A stretch of DNA of 64,000 nt from NCBI RefSeq assembly GCF_001194135.2, contig NC_068998.1, positions 19,104,015 through 19,168,014 of the forward strand. The letters are read 5' to 3'. The DNA comes from Octopus bimaculoides. Its lineage: Eukaryota. Below, piece by piece: positions 60,505 through 64,000 of this stretch (the stretch's first letter is position 1; each line of letters opens with the position of its first letter). The notes beneath the pieces were generated by a model, which had not been told where the DNA came from, did not search any database, and saw nothing but the letters and a program-made list of their open reading frames with translations. Made by a program: the position numbers and the translations under genes.

Positions 60505-60890
60505 CATGGCTGTGTAGTAAGAAGCTTGGTTCCCAACCACATGGTTCCAGGTCCAGTCCCACTGCATGGCATCTTGGGTAAGTGTCTTCTATTACAACCT
60601 CAAGCTGACCAAAGCCTTGTGAGTGGATTTGGTAGACAGAAAAATGAAATAAGCCCATCATATATATATATATATCTGTGCGTGTGTGTGTGTGTCTTTG
60701 TTTGTCCCCCACCATCGCTTGACAACCAGTGTTGGTTTGTTTACAGCCTTGTAACTTAGTGGTTCAGCAAAAAGAGAACGACAGAATAAGTACTTTGCTT
60801 TAAAAAAAAGTACTGTGGTTGAGTCATTCAACTAAAAGTTCTTCAAGGCGATGGCCCCAGCATGGCCACAGTCTAATGACTAAAATGGAT
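60505..60890 (+). mobile_element. SINE family A
   Basis: Head ATGGCTGTGTAGTAAG; body and tail present. Confidence 0.8.
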
Positions 60891-61199
60891 GAAAAAAAAA
60901 GACCATCACTGCAGTGTTTTATCTCATAAGATTATTGAATTTTATTCGGGGTGGCTTCATCGTTAGTACAGAAAAAGGGGATGTGTTGGACATTATAATG
61001 ATGTCAAACAGCATTCTATGAAATGTCAAATGTTTAAATGTCATTAAACAATGTTTATAAATAGAGTGAAAACTTAGTACTTTCAAAGAGTATCAAGTCA
61101 CATTCTTGCTATACTTGCTGCAGATTTTGGATGCTCAATATGTATGAATAACATCCAGATTATTCAATACTGCAAAATGACAAAATATGGAAACAATTA

Positions 61200-61618
61200 T
61201 ACTCTTTACTCTTTTACTATTTTACTTGTTTCAGTCATTTGACTGCGGCCATGCTGGAGCACCGCCTTTAGTCGAGCAAATCGACCCCAGGACTTATTCT
61301 TTGTAAGCCCAGTACTTATTCTATCGGTCTCTTTTTGCCGAACCGCTAAGTTACGAGGACATAAACACACCACCATCGGTTGTCAAGCGATGCTGGGGGG
61401 ACAAACACAGACACACAAACACACACATAAATATATATATATATATACATATATACGACAGGCTTCTTTCAGTTTCCGTCTACCAAATCCGCTCACAAAG
61501 CTTTGGTCGGCCCAAGGCTATAGCAGAAGACACTTGCCCAAGGTGCCACGCAGTGGGACTGAACCCGGAACCATGTGGTTGGTAAGCAAGCTACTTACTA
61601 CACAGCCACTCTTGCGCC
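61200..61618 (-). mobile_element. SINE family A, young full-length copy (an older partial copy follows at about 61625-61890)
   Basis: Near-consensus copy retaining CpGs. Confidence 0.88.
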
Positions 61619-62104
61619 TATTCATTTTATTTTATTTCATTTGTTTCAGTCATTGGACTACAACCATGCTGAGGCACCATCTAGAAGAGTTTAGTCAAAC
61701 AAATCAACCCAAATACTTCTTTTTTTTTCAAGTTTGGTACTTATTTTATTGGTCTCTTTTGCCAAACTGCTAAGTTATGGAAACATAAACACACCAAAAG
61801 CAGCTGTCAAGTGGTCATTGGGCACCAACACACACACACACACAGAGGTTTCTTTCAATTTCTGTTTACCAAATCCACTCACAAAACTTTGGTCTAGATA
61901 CCTAACTAGACAGACACACAGATAGGTATATAGATGAGTCTACAGATATATCAATAGATACACAGATAGAGAGAGAGATATCTTAATAGATATACAAATA
62001 GATGGGTAGCTGAACTGAAATCTAATGAAAATAATCTCAATTGGTAAATAACTTGGACTGAGCCTTTATGGTGGTGGTGGTTAAACAGCAAAAAAATGCA
62101 GTTT

Positions 62105-62141
<37 letters not shown>

Positions 62142-62532
62142 GTGTGTGAATACGGTTTTATCTTTTTAACTCATCTTTTATTTCCGTAAACTATAAAGCA
62201 CATAATATCTGTCAAACATATTAAAAGCAGCAATGTCTTCTCAGTTCATTTTGATTATATTTAAAAGTACAGTTTTGATTTGAAATTTTTTGCTTGTATT
62301 TAAAACACTGGGTTACATGGTGACATTTCCACAGATCTCACAAGTTTTGTAATTATTTCATCAATCATCAATCATCATCATCATCATCAACATTTAACGT
62401 CCATTTTCCATGTTAGCATGAGCTGGGTACTGGGTGTTTTTTACATGGCACCATCACCAGTGCTCTTTATATGACACCAGCACCCACACGAATGCCTTTT
62501 ATGTGGCACCTTGGTTTTAGGATCCCAAATAC

Positions 62533-62852
62533 TTTTACTTGTTTCAGTCATTTGACTGCGGCCATGCTGGAGCACCGCCTTTAGTCAAGCAAATCGACCC
62601 TGGAACTTATTCTTTGTAAGCCTAGTACTTATTCTATCGGTCTGTTTTGCCGAACCGTTAAGTGACGGTGACATAAACACACCAGCATCGGTTGTCAAGC
62701 AATGCTAGGGGGACAAACACAGACACACACACACATATATATATATATACATATATACAATGGGCTTCTTTCAGTTTCCGTCTACCAAATCCACTCACAA
62801 GGCTTTGGTCGTCCCAAAGCTATAGTAGAAGACACTTGCCAAAGATGCCACG
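62533..62852 (-). mobile_element. SINE family A, 5'-truncated
   Basis: Tail and body present; head lost at 62852. Confidence 0.82.
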
Positions 62853-63344
62853 CAAAGATAATATATTTAACAACAAATTAACAATATATACATACATGCA
62901 TGTGTATGTATCTATATATTTATACACACACACACGAAAATTTGTTATAATATACTTCTCTTGCTACCACTTCACCCTCACCCCCGATTAGAATGCCGCT
63001 GGCTCTCATTTGTATTTACATCCTTTTCTTACTGTTCTACAGAGGCAGTCATGCTTTTGCACACTTGGATTAATCTTCAACATCTTCACAGCTTGATTTT
63101 TAGGCAGACTCATTCTTAGCAGGAGACTGGTCAGCTCTCCTTATTTATTCTTATCTCTTCTCATTACTTTAATATTTCTTTGATATCCTCTGAGGTTCAT
63201 ACACTCTTTGAGGGTCACCTTACTCTCTTTTAAGAGGCTGACCATTACTTTGCTACATCCCACCATCTCTTTCATCTATGTATCTTCAGTCTTCTCACCT
63301 TTTTCCCTTTTTATTTTGGTTTTTGTTCTTCTATATATCAAGTG

Positions 63345-63650
63345 GAGGCACATGGATGGCTTAATGGTTAGAGTGTTGGACTCACAATCGTAAAATTGTG
63401 ATTTCAATTCCTGGACTAGGTGATGCATTGTGTTCTTGAGCAAAGCATTTCATTTCATGTTGCCCCAGTCCACTCAGCTGTAGAAATGAGTACCACTAGT
63501 GTAGGTGCATTGCTTAGTGGTTAGGTTGTTGGATCCATGACTGTAAAATTGTGGTTTCAATTCTTGGACCAGGCAATCCATTGTGTTCTTGAGAAAAACA
63601 CTTCATTTCACGTTACCCCAGTCCACTCAGCTGTAGAAATGAGTTTTGCC
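63345..63650 (+). mobile_element. Two tandem tRNA-derived SINE heads with a GTGTTCTTGAGCAAAGCA / CCAGTCCACTCAGCTGTAGAAATGAGT domain
   Basis: Duplicated ~155-bp unit with A/B-box-like sequence. Confidence 0.6.
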
Positions 63651-64000
63651 TGGAGAGGGAGGAGCTCCACAAGGCTTTCTCACCCTAGATACACTGCATG
63701 GCTGCTGTACTCCAACAACTCCCAAGGGATTAAGGGACTTGTAAATATCACTCTATGCCCTCCCACACTGCTAACATATTTTAGATAGTGTTCTTACTTT
63801 TAAGCCTCCTATTACCTACTCTATTACTCTCTTCCTCTATTGTGATGAGCTTTGTATTTACATTTTTTTTAATTACCTTCAACTGCCAAAATTTCATTTA
63901 CTTCTAATGATGGTGTGAGGTTCCCAACTATTTTTTTCATACAGACCCCTTTGTTTACTGTTTTATTCTGGTGGACCCCTATAGCCATTTGGTGTCTAAG

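Overview
AT-rich, repeat-dense animal genomic DNA with two N gaps (1386-1666, 37736-37877). The tRNA-derived SINEs, RTE LINE tails and microsatellites point to Octopus or a related coleoid cephalopod (inference from repeat families). The only host gene I can support is the 5' part of a dipeptidyl peptidase 8/9 (DPP9-like) gene on the minus strand. I joined nine coding exons by hand (33075-32584, 15078-14907, 12649-12533, 11074-10952, 8238-8177, 6019-5916, 3945-3789, 2159-2000, 212-142; 1458 nt, 486 codons), all with GT-AG boundaries and matching phases. The catalytic alpha/beta-hydrolase half lies left of position 1. A CpG-retaining zone at about 51.6-55.2 kb is the likely promoter. The rest is SINEs, RTE LINE fragments, DD37D mariner remnants, piggyBac- and hAT-type MITEs, a Tigger fragment, an internally deleted Gypsy element and simple repeats. 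Almost all ORFs in the supplied track are spurious or transposon debris. I found no convincing novel protein-coding system. The best leads are RNA-structure hypotheses in the DPP9 pre-mRNA: a 415-bp foldback SINE dimer with a hammerhead-like core, a pre-miRNA-like hairpin, a 79-bp inverted repeat, and near-identical inverted repeats bracketing exons 2-8 (circRNA geometry). Repeat coordinates are approximate; comparisons to human DPP9 are from memory, not a database search.
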